A stretch of DNA of 64,000 nt from Malacoraja senta (Eukaryota): NCBI GenBank assembly GCA_038087875.1, contig CM075996.1:10232001-10296000 (forward strand). The letters are read 5' to 3'. The position numbers and the translations under genes were made by a program. Positions 1 through 12,500 of this stretch are shown here, one piece after another. The stretch's first letter is position 1, and the number at the start of each line of letters is the position of its first letter. The notes under the pieces were generated by a model. It saw nothing but the letters and a program-made list of their open reading frames with translations. It made no database searches and was not told the DNA's origin.

Positions 1-362
1 ACCCATTCCTTCTCTCCAGAAATGTTGCCTGTCCTGCTGAGTTACTCCAGCATTTTGTGTCTATCTTTGGCAGAAAGGAGAGATTGGACAAGCTTTTGTT
101 CTCTAAAGCTGGAGACTGAGGGGAGTCCTGAGAGAATTACAATACGATCCAATCCGATAGACCTTTATTTATCTCTGCAGCGAAATTGGTCTGCCAACAG
201 TCATAAAACACAACAAGACATGAAAGATGACATTAAAGTAACGAGTGGGAAGTCCAGCATTGGGGATGTGCAAAGATTCGGGAGAGGGGGGGGGGGAGTC
301 AGTCTACCCCACGTCAGAAGGGGAAGAGATGTACACATTGATAGCCACAAGGAAAAATGATC

Positions 363-552
363 TGTGTTGGAAGGAACTGCAGATGGTGGTTTATACCATA
401 GATGGACACAAAAAGCTGGAGTAACTCAGCGGGGATGCAGCATCTCTGGATAGAAGGAATGGGTGACGTTTCAGGTCTGAAGAAGGGTCATCACCCGAAA
501 CATCACCCATTTCTTCTCTCCAGAGATGCTGCCAGATTTTTGTGTCTATCTT
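363..552. repeat. Inverted dimer (hairpin) of the Penelope-associated terminal repeat with a degenerate hammerhead motif
   Basis: gacacaaaaagctggagtaactcagc...cagcatctctgga...gggtgacgtttc followed by its approximate reverse complement gaaacatcaccc...tccagagatgctg...ttttgtgtc; central ctgaagaagggtc..acccgaaa. Confidence 0.6.
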
Positions 553-764
553 TACAAAAAGGGATCTCCTGTGGCGTTCTGTGCTGCATTTTAGTTGAAC
601 CAGTGTTATACAACATTATGACAGGCATGGATATGGACCTTTCTTCAAGAATGAAATGCTTGTTTTCACTGCTCGGGGATTTGAGCATGGGGATCAGGAT
701 GTCATGTTGCAATTTTATAGGTCTGAGCTGAGTTTCGCATCCCCCTGCTCCATCCAGTTGACTT

Positions 765-1330
765 CAGACGCCCTTCCTACTGGAGGAAGGACATTCCCCT
801 AATTTGAGGAAGGATATTCTTGCTATTGAGGGAGTCCAGCGTAGGTTTACAAGGTTAATTCCCAGGATGGCAGCACTGTCATATGCTGAGAGAATGGAAC
901 GGCTGGGCCTGTACACTCTGGAGTTTAGAAGGATGAGAGGGCATCTTATTGAGACATATAAGATTGTTAAGGGTTTGGACACGCTAGAGGCAGGAAACAT
1001 GTTCCTTATGTTGGGGGAGTCCAAAACCAGGGGCCACAGTTTAAGAATATGGGGTAAGCCATTTAGAATGGAGACGAGGGAACACTTTTTCACACAGAGA
1101 GTTGTGAGCCTGTGGAATTTTCTGCCTCAGAGGGCGGTGAAGGCCCGTTCTCTGGATACTTTCAAGAGAGAGCTAATTAGGGTTCTTAAAGATAGCGGAG
1201 TCAGGGGATAGGGGGAGAAGCGGGAACGGGGGTACCGATTGGGAATGATCAGCCTGATCACATTGAATGGCGGTGCTGGCTCGAAGGGCCGAATGGCCTA
1301 CTCCTGCACCTATTGCCTATAGTCTATTGG
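765..1330 (+). mobile_element. CR1 LINE 3' fragment (ORF2 C-terminus and 3' UTR)
   Basis: ORF 804-1211 RKDILAIEGVQRRFTRLIP...TRGHSLRI...FFTQRVV; CR1 3' UTR ggcggtgctggctcgaagggccgaatggcctactcctgcacct. Confidence 0.9.
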
Positions 1331-1374
1331 TCATTCATATTGGCACACACACTGTCTCTCTCTCCTCTCTATCT

Positions 1375-4300
1375 TTTTTTTTCCTTTCCAAGGTCTTTAT
1401 TCAGCAATTGCATATTACAGTGTCATTATAATATAGTCATTATAATACAAAGGTGCAATCAATATTTACAATGCTCTCGACCTACCACAGCGTTCACGGA
1501 AGGCCTCCAGTGTCCCTGTGGAAACTGCATGTTCCCTTTCCAGGGACACGCGAGCATAGGCCCGGAAGAGGGGCAGGCAGCTGACTAGTGTGACCATCGA
1601 CTACCCGCTGCCTGGACCCGCGAATGGCCATCTTGACCAGGCCCAGGAGCAAACCGACACGCTGGCTGAAAACAGCCAAATTCCTCACTCTTAGCACATC
1701 ACGATAGAAACTAGGCAAACCCCGTAAGGCAGGTCGACTGATGCCCATCACTGGGAGCTGTGAAACCCCCCTTAGGCAATAAACCCGGCGGAAAAATACG
1801 TGGCCAGAGCGTGCCATCTGGGGGGGTTCTCTACATACATATACCTCCGCAGAGTCCTGAGACGGAGAGCTGCCACCTGGGTATGCACGCATACCAAGGA
1901 CTGGACGCCCTCCTCTAACGGGAGACTCAGGACCGCTGCGGAAACCCAGTGCCTCCTATCCCCCCCAAAAGAAACCCACCAGCTTCTTGTATTGTAATTG
2001 CAAAGATAGAGGGAGGGACAAGAGTAGCCAGCCGGTACCATAACATGGAGGCCACCAGCTGGTTTATGACCAGCAGCCTACCATGGAAAGAAAGAACTCC
2101 GAGCAGGCCTGACCAGCGCCCCAGCCGGGCGATGACTTTAGTCTCTAGCCCCAGCCAGTTCGCCGGCCAAGCATCCTCAGTGGGACTCAGGTACACCCCC
2201 AGGTAGAGGAGGTGCATGGTGCTCCACGCATACAATGTCATCTCGTCCAGCAGGGAGTCTACCTGCCACTGACTCACTAAAAGTCCTGAACACTTACTCC
2301 AGTTAATCCTGGCGGACGATGCAGCCGAGAAAATCTTCTGGCAGTCACGCATCCTCCGCAGGTCATCAGGGTCACTGAACGCAAGGAGTACATCATGGCA
2401 TACGGCGAAAGAACCACCCCCGGTCCTGGTAGAGCCAGGCCTGTCAACTGCCTCCGAAGAAAACACAGGAACGGCTCCACACAGACCACGTACAACTGAC
2501 TAGACATGGGACACCCCTGGCGTATCCCCCACCCAAAGTGAATGGGAGCCAACAACACACCATTAACCTTCACTGCAACGTACAAAAGCTGGACCCAGGC
2601 CACAAAATGCGGTCTAAATCCGATCGCTTGCAGCGTCCCGAAGAGGTATTCATCCTCTACCCTATCAGAAGCCTTCTCCTGATCAAGAGACAGAAAATCA
2701 GCTGACTGACCAGTTCCCTGAGATGATGAATCAGGTCCCTAAACAGGTGGATGTTATCCTGAATGGACTGGCCAGGGACTGTATAGGACTGGTCCAGGTG
2801 GATCAGTTGAGACAGCACGGAGCCCAGGCGATTTACCATCGCCCGTGCAAAATCTTTATACTCTGTACATTGGATAGAGACCGGCGCCAGTTCTTCAACA
2901 GGCGGAGTTCGCCCTTCTTGGGCAGCAATATGACAACTGCCCTACGCCACGAGAGAGGCATCTGCCCGGTCGCCAGGCTCTCCCCCAGAACCATCATGTA
3001 ATCAGCCCCCAGGATATCCCAGAAAGCTCTAACAATTCTACTGTCAACCCATCAAGCCCAGGGGCTTGCCCCTCCTGAGCTGGTGCAGGGCACGAGTCAA
3101 CTCCTCCAATGATAAGGGGTCATCAAGGAATACAAACACTGAACCGCTGAGCCTCCCCGCTGAATCCATCTGCGGAGAACAGGGACCCATAAAAGGATCG
3201 GACTAAAAACTAATCCTCTCCGGATCAGTGACAGAGGAGCCATCATCTGCGTTCAGCTCAACGAGCTGCTTGCGGGCTCCCCGCCCTTTCTCCAGAGAGA
3301 AGAAGAAAGTTCCAGATCGTGCAGCATCTGGACCCACGACCTCACGTAAGCGCCCCGGGACTGTTCAGGCAGCAGGTTCCACAAAGCTTCCTTCCTCTCC
3401 TGATACTCTCCCCACTCACAGTAGTCCTCACCAATCCGACCCAGGCGAGACTCTGCGTCAAGTAATTCCCTCTCGAATTGCTCGACCGCCGATACCCACC
3501 TTCCGCCCCAAGGAAAACACACTCTCCGCTATCAATAGTGTTCAACAGAGCAGTCACCTCCTGAAGTAGGCATGCCTACATCGTGCCGGTGCTGGGGCCG
3601 TGCACGTTAATGAAATGTAACGGGCCTGCTATCCAGGCTCACGGACAGATAGAACAAACGACCTGGCACAACTTCCTGCACCTTCAGGATCTCTGGCTGA
3701 AAAGTAGGGGCCAACAAGAAAGCCACCCAACTCGAATTTGTGCTGAGGTGGCTCATGTCGACTCCCCCTTCCCACGCCAGTCGCCAGGTGGGTTCATCAC
3801 TGACAACTCACTGCATATTTCCCCTCTCTGAGCACTGATAGATGATGAAATCCACAAAAGTACCCCCTTCTGCCATTTAAGTTTAGACTAGCAACTGCGA
3901 ATGTTGAAAACACACTTGGGTTTTTTCCTCACACTCCTCGTGGGAGCGAGGACCCTCTCTCTTAGGAACTTCAAAAAGTCCCCAAGCTGACGCTTCTCAG
4001 ACTCGGGAAGACCATTATCTTTACTGCCAAGGATAATATCAAGTGTCTTAATAAATCCCGGTAGATCCGTCCAACTTCTCACAGCTGACTGAATCTTTGT
4101 CTTAGGGCACTTATTTATTTTCAGAAAGTCCCGAATTTCGCAAATAACGGCCCCTCGAGACACAGCACTGGAATCTCGCCAACCCACTGACACCTGGAGC
4201 ACCATCCTGACCTATACTGCGCTCAAGGTCATCGTCTGAGTTCAGAAGACTGCAGCTAGCTGTCAGCTCACCCACCCCACTGCACAAGCTGGCTGCATCA

Positions 4301-5669
4301 CTCTCCCCCTCCTCCGGCATGAAACCACCCCCGGGATCAATGTCGAGGGAGGGTCCCGATACCCCTGACAGCGTTGTGTCATCCGGTGAAAGGCCAGGCT
4401 CCTGCACTCTCCCACCACCTCCTACGTCTGGGTCTGGGGAAGAAAAAACAAGAGACGTCCCCAGGGCCTGCGGTACGTAGGCACCCCCGGAATCTGAATG
4501 AGGGTCATGACCCAAAACAGCCCCGACCCCCACCGCACCCAGAGTACCTTCTCCACCGGCAACACCAAGAGAGTCTCTACCCTCCACCACCAGGCGAGTA
4601 ACCTCACTCAGGCCCACTGAAAGAGCCGGTGTTTCTGGAGGCTCCCCTACTACCTCAGCCGGTGGGGCAGCAGACCCCACAGCAACCCTAGTCTAGGCTC
4701 TAATAAGGAGCACTGACTGGAAAACCGCCCCAATTCCCGAGACACCCCTTCAAGTTGTCTCTGCTCATCCTCCATCCCAGGGGACATAATTCCAGAGGAG
4801 CCAACCCCAATAACCAGTGAGATAACACCCTCAGAAGGCCCCTGAGATGAGGGACCAACCACCGGTCCTGATGACACACTCCCAGGGAAGCTAACCCCAA
4901 TAACTAGTACGGTAACACCCTCAGAAGGTCCCTGAAACAAAGGGCCAACCACCGGCCCAGAGAATACAAGTTCTTGGCCACCATCCTCAAGAGGGGTGGA
5001 AGGTCTCGATGTAGGCTGCCCCCTTACATTGGGCCCACGACCTTGCTCTCCGTCACCGGGCTCAAGCCTTCTTTCAGTCCCACAGGCATGCGGCGGTACA
5101 ATGACCTCCATAAAGGAAGGGTCCTCCGCCTCCACACTACCAGCTACCTCTTTTCGGCCCCCTCGTTCAGCCTCCCCTGCCCCCTTCTGAACCTCATCAG
5201 CTCCTCGCTGAGTCTCACCAGGTACCTCTTGGAACTCTCTGGGGCCAACAGGCACCCCTTGGGTGGACTCAGGTCTGGGCAAGGGCCCATCCACTTGCGA
5301 TTGACTCGCTTGGAGAGGCTTATTCTTCCTCTTGGACCTCTTCTTCCTCTGCATCATCCATTCCCGCTCCCCCCCTTCACCCTTCCCCTGCGCCTTGCCG
5401 TCAACCACCGCCACAGGTTCAGCACATATGGGGCGGATGCAGTAATGCTCTGGGCCGCCGAGGTGGAGCTGGAAGCCCCAATAGGTCAGCAGCGCATTCC
5501 TGGGTTGCTTTGTTGGGATTTCTCGCGGCAGCCCGACCATTGGGACAATCCCTGCGGAAGTGTCAAAACTCCTTGCACGCATGACGCCGTACCTCTCCCC
5601 AACTTCAACTCATGCGGAAGGTGGCACATTAATGCTCCACGACGAAGCTCCCTTCCTCACCCGACCCCA
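1375..5669 (-). mobile_element. Tx1-clade (L1-Tx1) non-LTR retrotransposon, degenerate, with internal deletions; 5' end runs into the gap
   Basis: Minus-strand pieces: low-complexity ORF1 (3888-5582), APE start motif SLNLNGRR near 3870, RT pieces (IHLDQSYTVPGQSIQDNIHLFRD; GIRQGCPMS; INWSKCSGL; YLGV; LSFHGRLLVINQLVASMLWY); A-rich 3' tail near 1375-1400. Confidence 0.85.
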
Positions 5670-5869
5670 NNNNNNNNNNNNNNNNNNNNNNNNNNNNNNN
5701 NNNNNNNNNNNNNNNNNNNNNNNNNNNNNNNNNNNNNNNNNNNNNNNNNNNNNNNNNNNNNNNNNNNNNNNNNNNNNNNNNNNNNNNNNNNNNNNNNNNN
5801 NNNNNNNNNNNNNNNNNNNNNNNNNNNNNNNNNNNNNNNNNNNNNNNNNNNNNNNNNNNNNNNNNNNNN
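5670..5869. other. Assembly gap (200 N)
   Basis: Run of N bases. Confidence 1.
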
Positions 5870-6170
5870 GACAGCACGGTGGCACAGTGATAGATTTGCT
5901 GCCTTATAGCGGCAGAGACCCAGGTACGATCCCGACTTTGAATGCTGTCTGTACGGCGCTTGTACATTCTCCCCGTGGATTTTCGCCAAGATCTTCAGTT
6001 TCCCCTTGCACTCAAAAGACTTACAGGTTTGTGGGTTAATTGGCTTGGTATAAATGTAAATTGTCCCTAGTTTGAATCGGAAAGTGGTAATGCGAGGGGA
6101 TCGCTGGTCAGCGTGGACTCGGTGGGCCGAAGGGCCTGTTTCCGTGCTGTATCTCTAAACTAAAACTAAA
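5870..6170 (+). mobile_element. tRNA-derived V-SINE (HE1-like, elasmobranch)
   Basis: gcacggtggcacagtg (A box)...ggtacgatcc (degenerate B box), V-domain core tgtacattctccccgtgg, CR1-like tail gggccgaagggcctgtttccgtgctgtatctctaaactaaa. Confidence 0.85.
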
Positions 6171-6468
6171 TATCTCCACCAATTTTTCCTGGACTAACGA
6201 ACCACATTGAAGATTGTAGATTTTGATTAAAAATGAAAATTAAATTTGAAGATGGAAGAACAAAGTACCACATCATCACCTCCACGTCTTCAAGCGACAA
6301 AGAACAAGTTCAGTAATATCTCCAATAACTCTTATCAATGTCTACAGATGCACAGCATACTATCAGGTAGTAAATTCAATTTTTTTTATCTCTCGGACAT
6401 CGGCAGCTGAGGGAATACCTGATAGAAGTTTTGTAAAATTGTAAAATTGTAAAATTGTGAAAAGGATT

Positions 6469-8600
6469 CAGTACCCTCCATAATGTTTGGGACAAAGACC
6501 CAGTTGCTGCTTTGCTCGGCAGTGACTTAGTAAAGACCATTTTGGTTTCAACATGTAGAAATTACAGCAGTGTTTATACATACTCAAACCATTACATAGA
6601 AACATAGAAACATAGAAATTAGGTGCAGGAGTAGGCCATTCGGCCCTTCGAGCCTGCACCGCCATTCAATATGATCATGGGCTGATCATCCAACTCAGTA
6701 TCCCGTACCTGCCTTCTCTCCATACCCTCTGATCCCTTTAGCCACAAGGGCCACATCTAACTCCCTCTTAAATATAGCCAATGAACTGGCCTCGACTACC
6801 CTCTGTGGCAGAGAGTTCCAGAGATTCACCACTCTCTGTGTGAAAAAAGTTCTTCTCATCTCGGTTTTAAAGGATTTCCCCCTTATCCTTAAGCTGTGAC
6901 CCCTTGTCCTGGACTTCCCCAACATCGGGAGCAATCTTCCTGCATCTAGCCTGTCCAACCCCTTAAGAATTTTGTAAGTTTCTATAAGATCCCCTCTCAA
7001 TCTCCTAAATTCTAGAGAGTATAAACCAAGTCTATCCAGTCTTTCTTCATAAGACAGTCCTGACATCCCAGGAATCAGTCTGGTGAACCTTCTCTGTACT
7101 CCCTCTATGGCAATAATGTCCTTCCTCAGATTTGGAGACCAAAACTGTACGCAATACTCCAGGTGTGGTCTCACCAAGACCCTGTACAATTGCAGTAGAA
7201 CCTCCCTGCTCCTATACTCAAATCCTTTTGCTATGAAAGCTAACATACCATTCGCTTTCTTCACTGCCTGCTGCACCTGCATGCCTACTTTCAATGACTG
7301 GTGTACCATGACACCCAGGTCTCGCTGCATCTCCCCTTTTCCTAGGGGTAGGGGGAGATGCAGGGCATCATAATGATTGGGACACAGCAATGTCATGTAA
7401 ATGAAAGTAGTCATGTTTAGTATTTGGTTGCATAGCCTTTACATGCAATGACTGCTTGAAGTCTGCGATTCATGGACATCACAAGTTGCTGGGTCTCTTC
7501 TCTGGTGATGCTCTGCCAGGCTTGTATTGCAACCATCTTTAGCTTATGCTTGTTTTGGGGGCTAGTCCCCTTCAGTTTTCTCCTCAGCATATAAAAGGTA
7601 TGCTCATTTAGGTTCAGATCGGGTGATTGACTTGGCTACTCAAGAATTGACCATATTTTAGCTTTGAAAAACTCCTTTGTTGAAGCATTTGTTTGAACAT
7701 GAGCAGACAGGATGTATCTGAAGTGTGTATACATTTCAGAATTCATTATGCTTCTACCATCAGCAGTTGTATCTTCAATGAAAATAAGTGAGCCAGTACC
7801 TTCAACAGCCATACATACCCAGGCCATAACACCCCCACCACCGTATTTCATAGATGAGGTGGTATGCTTTGGATCTTGGGCAGTTCCTTCTCTCTTCCAT
7901 ACTTTGCTCTTGCCATTACTCCAATACAAGTTAATCTTCGTCTCATCTGTCCACAAGACATTTTTACAGAACTGCGGTTGCTCTTTTCAGTACTTATTGG
8001 CAAATTGTAACCTGGCCAACCTATTTCTTCAGCTAACCAGTGGTTTGCATCTTGCAGTGTAGCCTCTGTATTTCTGTTCATTAAATCTTCTGCGGACAGT
8101 GGTCATTGACAAATCCACACCTGACTCCTGAAGAGGGTTACTGATCTGTCGGACAGGGTTGGGGATTTTTCTTTAATATAAACAGGATTCTTCTGTCATC
8201 AGCTGTGGAGGTCTCCCTCGGCCCGCCAGACCCTTTGCGATTAGTAAACTCACCAGTGTTCTCTTTCTTCGTAATGATGTTCTAAACAGTTGATTTTGGT
8301 AAGTCTATGGTTTGGCTGATGTCTCTAACAGTTTTATTCTTGTTTCTTTGTCCCATAATGGCTTCTTTGACTTTCATTGGCACAACTTTGGGCCTCATGT
8401 TGATAAACAGGAATAAAGGTTTCCAAAGGTGATGGAAAGGCTGGAGGAAAGACTAGGTGCTGAGAGCTCTCTTATACCTGCATTAAGGAGGCATTTAAGC
8501 ACACCTGAGCAATTACAAACTCCTGTGAATCCATGCGTCCCAAACATTATGGTGCCCTGAAATGGGTGGACTATGTATAAACACAGCTGTAATTTCTCTG
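6469..8600 (-). mobile_element. Tc1-family DNA transposon, degenerate (copy A), right TIR partly deleted
   Basis: TIR cagtaccctccataatgtttgggacaaagaccc; transposase piece WTDETKINL...KYGGGGVMAWVCM (7636-7956); inner direct repeat tcccaaacattatgg near 8540. Confidence 0.9.
6595..7347 (-). mobile_element. Young 5'-truncated CR1 LINE inserted in the Tc1 left TIR
   Basis: (catagaaa)n tail; ORF 6695-7414 is identical in protein to the C-terminus of the 29718-32468 ORF from LGKGEMQRDLG to the end. Confidence 0.95.
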
Positions 8601-8783
8601 TGGCTATCAAATTGTCCCTTCTGTCATGGGGTAGACTGACTCTCCTCCCATCCCCAATCTTTGCACATCCCCAATCCTTTCCACTCCTCACTTTAATTTC
8701 ATGTATCTTGTGTTTTATGACTGATGGCAGACGAATTTCCCTCCTGGGATAATTAAAGTTCTATCGTATCTTATCGTATCGTA
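8600..8783 (+). mobile_element. Rex1/Babar-like LINE 3' tail
   Basis: Matches the tail at about 59935-60133; ends in (tatcg)n-like repeats. Confidence 0.7.
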
Positions 8784-9014
8784 GAGGACTGAGTGTGAAG
8801 GTCAGATGGGTGAAGTTTCACGAAAGATTAGTTTAATTTGGGATCATGTTTGACACAGACATCAGGCCCTAACATCAAGGACCTGTACCTATGCTCTACT
8901 GTTCAATTTAGAATTATATTTCTACGAATGCATTTTATTTTTTTCCCCAACTTGAACAGTCTTGAGCCAGATTGCAGTCACCGCCTGCTTACAGAGACTC
9001 AGAAGTAATTTTAC

Positions 9015-9075
9015 CTGAAATTCTGTTGCTGAGAAGTTGCAGAAGGCAGAGGATAGAACAGCCGAAGGTCATCAT
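9015..9075 (-). CDS. Signal-peptide exon (exon 1) of paralog A of the CD2/SLAM-like Ig gene; downstream exons not seen in the window
   Basis: 61-nt ATG..TCA G|gtaaaa, phase 1; MMTFGCSILCLLQLLSNRIS; paralogous to 60355-60415. Confidence 0.75.
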
Positions 9076-9469
9076 TATGTAGAGGAGCTGGTGCTGTCAG
9101 CTTATTCAAATAACGGAATAGGGTCACGAAGGTAGCCTGGTAACTTCATCGGAGAACTGAGAATGAAATGAAATGAGAATGAAATGGAGCAATATATCAT
9201 ACATAGCCCACATTATAATGTATATTTAGATGAGAGGAACTCAGAGTGGGGAGATGGTGTTTTGGGCGGGACTGTTTTATTGATGAGGGCAGTGTTGCTG
9301 ATATGATTTACATGGGTTTCTGCAAGGCCTTCAACAAGGACCCACACACAGAAGACTGGTTGAAAAGATAAGAGCCCATAAGATACGGCAAATACTAGTG
9401 CGGTGAAGGAGACAAAGGATAAAGGTGGAGATGCAAGTAACTACTTCTCCATCTGCATCAACTGCAACT

Positions 9470-10090
9470 GAACAAAACCATGCTGACTATCCCTAGTCCA
9501 TCTAAATGCATGTGTATCCTATCCCTCAGAATACTCTCCAGAAACTTTCCAAATACAGATATTAAGCTCACTGGCCTATAGTTCCCAGCCATTTTCCTGC
9601 AGCTCTTCCTGAATAGAGGCACAACATTTGCCACTCTCCAGTCTTCCGGCACCTCTCCTGTATTTAATGACGACATGTCAATTTCAGCCCGGGCTCCCGC
9701 AATTTTCCCTCCAGCTTCCTCAGTGTTCTTGGATATATCTGATCAGGCCCTGGAGATTTGTCCGCCTTCATACACGTCAGGACCCTCAGCTCCTCTTCGT
9801 CTGTAACACTGACTGTTCAAGACATTTCCATTGACTTCCTCAAGTTCCTCAGGCCTCCTGTCTTTCTCCATGGTAAAAACAGAGGAGAAATACTCATTGA
9901 GGACCTTGTCCATCTCCTGTGGCTCTACACAGAGTTGACTGCTTTGATTCCTGAGGGGCCCCACTCGCTCTCTCTCTGGTTACCCTTTTTCCGTTTATGT
10001 ACTTGTAAAATCTCTGGGGATTATACTTAATGCCATCTACTAGAGCTACCTCGTGTCCCATTTTTGCCTTCCTGATTTCCTTGTTTAGCT
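9470..10090 (-). mobile_element. Degenerate CR1 ORF2 internal fragment
   Basis: VPEDWRVANVVPLFRK...NYRPVSLISV; VLNEYFSSVFT. Confidence 0.85.
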
Positions 10091-10794
10091 TAGTTCCCGA
10101 AACTCCTCCTCTTGAACTTAATAGAACAGTGGTCACTGATCCCAAAAGGCTCATCCACGAACACTTCATCTACTTGACCCTCCCAATTTCCCAAGACTAG
10201 ATCAAGCATTGCCCTCTCCTGTGTGGGGCCCTCTACATATTGCTGGAGAAAACTATTCTAAACATTTTGACAAATTCCACCCTGTCAAATCCTTTCACAC
10301 TATGATATTCCCATTCAATATTGGGAAAGGTTTAAGTTCCCCTTTGGGCAATTGTCTGGGCAATATCAATTTTGATACTTTGAAGTCATTATATTAATAT
10401 AATTTGAACTGCAATGACTGAAATAAATAAAAGATAAAGAGACACAATAGAAACTGCAGATGCTTGAATGTTCCACAAAAATGAAAATGCTGGAGTAACT
10501 CAGCAGGTCAATCACCATCTATAGAGGAAATAGACTGGTAATATACAGGCCAGGACCCTTCTTCAGATTGAAGATATTTAAATTAGAGATACTATTTTAA
10601 TATTTAATACAGACTTAGAAGTCAGTCTGCAGGAGACAAATCTTAACATTTACATCAGACGAGGGAAACAATTGGCTTGTCATGCCATATGAAGAAGGCA
10701 TCAATGCGACTAAGTATATTAAAATGAAATTAAAAAGTAAACTGTAGATGCTGGAAATGTAAAATAAAACAAAAAAATGTGGTGACACTCAGCA

Positions 10795-11147
10795 GGTTTT
10801 GAATTACATTTTACTCAGATGCAAGCCAAGGAATGGCAAAATAGTTAGCTGTTAATTGGACATAATCAACCTCAGCAAATTGACAATATCTTTGAAAGGG
10901 AGTGGGTGTTTAAGCTGTCAGGACATTTTATTATTTGCCAAAATATACATCTCAATAGCATAATGATAGAAAACTTACTTTTCCACACACCACTCGTAAG
11001 TCTGGAGATTTTTTTAATGATAAATTTAGCTTCAGAAGCGTTTTCTTTTTCAAAATTGTCAATTTGCTGAATTTGATTATGTCCAATTAACAGCTAATAA
11101 TTATGCCATTCCTTGGCTTGCATCTGAGTAAAATGTAATTCAAAACC
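10795..11147. repeat. About 90-bp inverted repeat pair (about 10795-10888 and 11056-11147)
   Basis: ttttgaattacattttactcagatgcaagccaaggaatggc... versus ...gccattccttggcttgcatctgagtaaaatgtaattcaaaa. Confidence 0.85.
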
Positions 11148-11679
11148 CGCATATGGTTTGCGATGTTTTTAACGATAAATTTAGCTTCAGAAACGTTTTC
11201 TCTTTGCATGTAAAAACCCACTTGAGAATCATTGGTGATTTTAAAAGTTTACAGCCAGATTTATCACTTCTGAAACTTTTTAGATACCAAAGGAATCAAG
11301 AAAAAACACAAATAATGCCTTACCTTTGATGAAATGCAGCGAGCAAACGTGATAATTCCCAATATTTTTCTATCTTTATATCTGCAGCCAATGTTCGCCA
11401 ACCACTTTAGCTGTTGTTGTCCGTTCAGCTGTCACTTCTCGCTACCACCATTTCTCCTCACTTTTGGAATTCTGAAGTAGGATAAATGTCTCTCACGCTT
11501 ACCCCGATTTCCACAATTATTTACAGTGCAAAATTGACCATTTCTGCGTTTTTGAACAGGTAAGAATGTATGCATTTCGTGTATTAACAGTGTATGCCGA
11601 AGGGTGCCATGTCCTCCACGTGGAATGAGCTGCTCCGTGCATCACGACCTTTGACCCGATGACCTTACATGGAACCCCC

Positions 11680-12500
11680 CTATAGGGAGAGGTTAAGTAG
11701 GCTGGGACTCTATTCCTTGGAGAGCAGGAGGATGAGGGGTGATCTTGAAGAGATGTAAACATTATGAGGAATAGATCGGGTAGATGTGCAGAGTATCTTG
11801 CCAGAGTGGGTGAAGCGAGGCCCGGAGGACATAGGTTTAAGATGAAGGGTGAAAGATTTCATAGGAATCTGAGGGGTAACTGTTTCACGCAAAGGGTGGT
11901 GGGTGTATGGAACAAGCTGCCAGAGGAGATAGATGAGTAAGGGTTTATCCCAATGTTTAAGAAACAGTTAGACAGGTACATGGAAAGGACAGGTTTAGAG
12001 CTATATGGGCCTAACGCAGGCAGGTGGGACTGGTGTAGCTGGGACATGGCCAGTGTGGGAAAGATACGGTGAAGGGCCTGCTTACACACTGTATCGCTCT
12101 ATGACTCTATGACCAAGATATTCCATCTACTCTTGTCTTATCAGCCTGCATTTCGCCCTGTCTGAACCTTTCCTATCCATGTATGTCCCAATGTCTTTTA
12201 AATGTTGTTAAAGTACCTCAGTTTACAAACAAAATAATATAATATGATGCAGAATGCAGGGCTGTAGGAAACACTCTGCTGACTGGGACTAAGAACCCTA
12301 TACCCCCGCCCTGGACTCCGTCCAAGGACCTCGACAATCTTTTCAGGTGAGGCAGAGGTTCACTTGAACCTCCTCCAACCTCGTCTACTGTATCCGCTGT
12401 TCCAGGTGTGGACTCCTGTATAGCGGTGAGACCAAGCGCAGGCTCGGCGATCATTTAGCTGAACACCTCCGCTCAGTCCGCCTAAACTTACCTGATCTAC
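11680..12500 (+). repeat. Segmental duplication copy A, upstream block (CR1 3' fragment, unique spacer, Penelope fragment); paralogous to about 61770-62600
   Basis: Shared junctions and unique sequence cctcagtttacaaacaaa..atatgatgcagaatgcaggg..actctgctgactgggactaagaaccctataccccc. Confidence 0.85.

Larger units (their letters stand above)
6240..9130 (+). repeat. Segmental duplication copy A (paralogous to about 57280-60470)
   Basis: Same order of unique sequence (agttcagtaatatctccaataactcttatcaatgtctacagatgcacag), Tc1 at the same site, Rex1 tail and signal-peptide exon. Confidence 0.9.

Noticed and set aside
5870..5945. tRNA-like A/B boxes
   Set aside because: Head of an HE1-like SINE followed by V-domain and LINE tail; not a tRNA gene.
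4974..6039. Long ORFs spanning the N run
   Set aside because: Artefacts of translating through the assembly gap or antisense to Tx1 ORF1.
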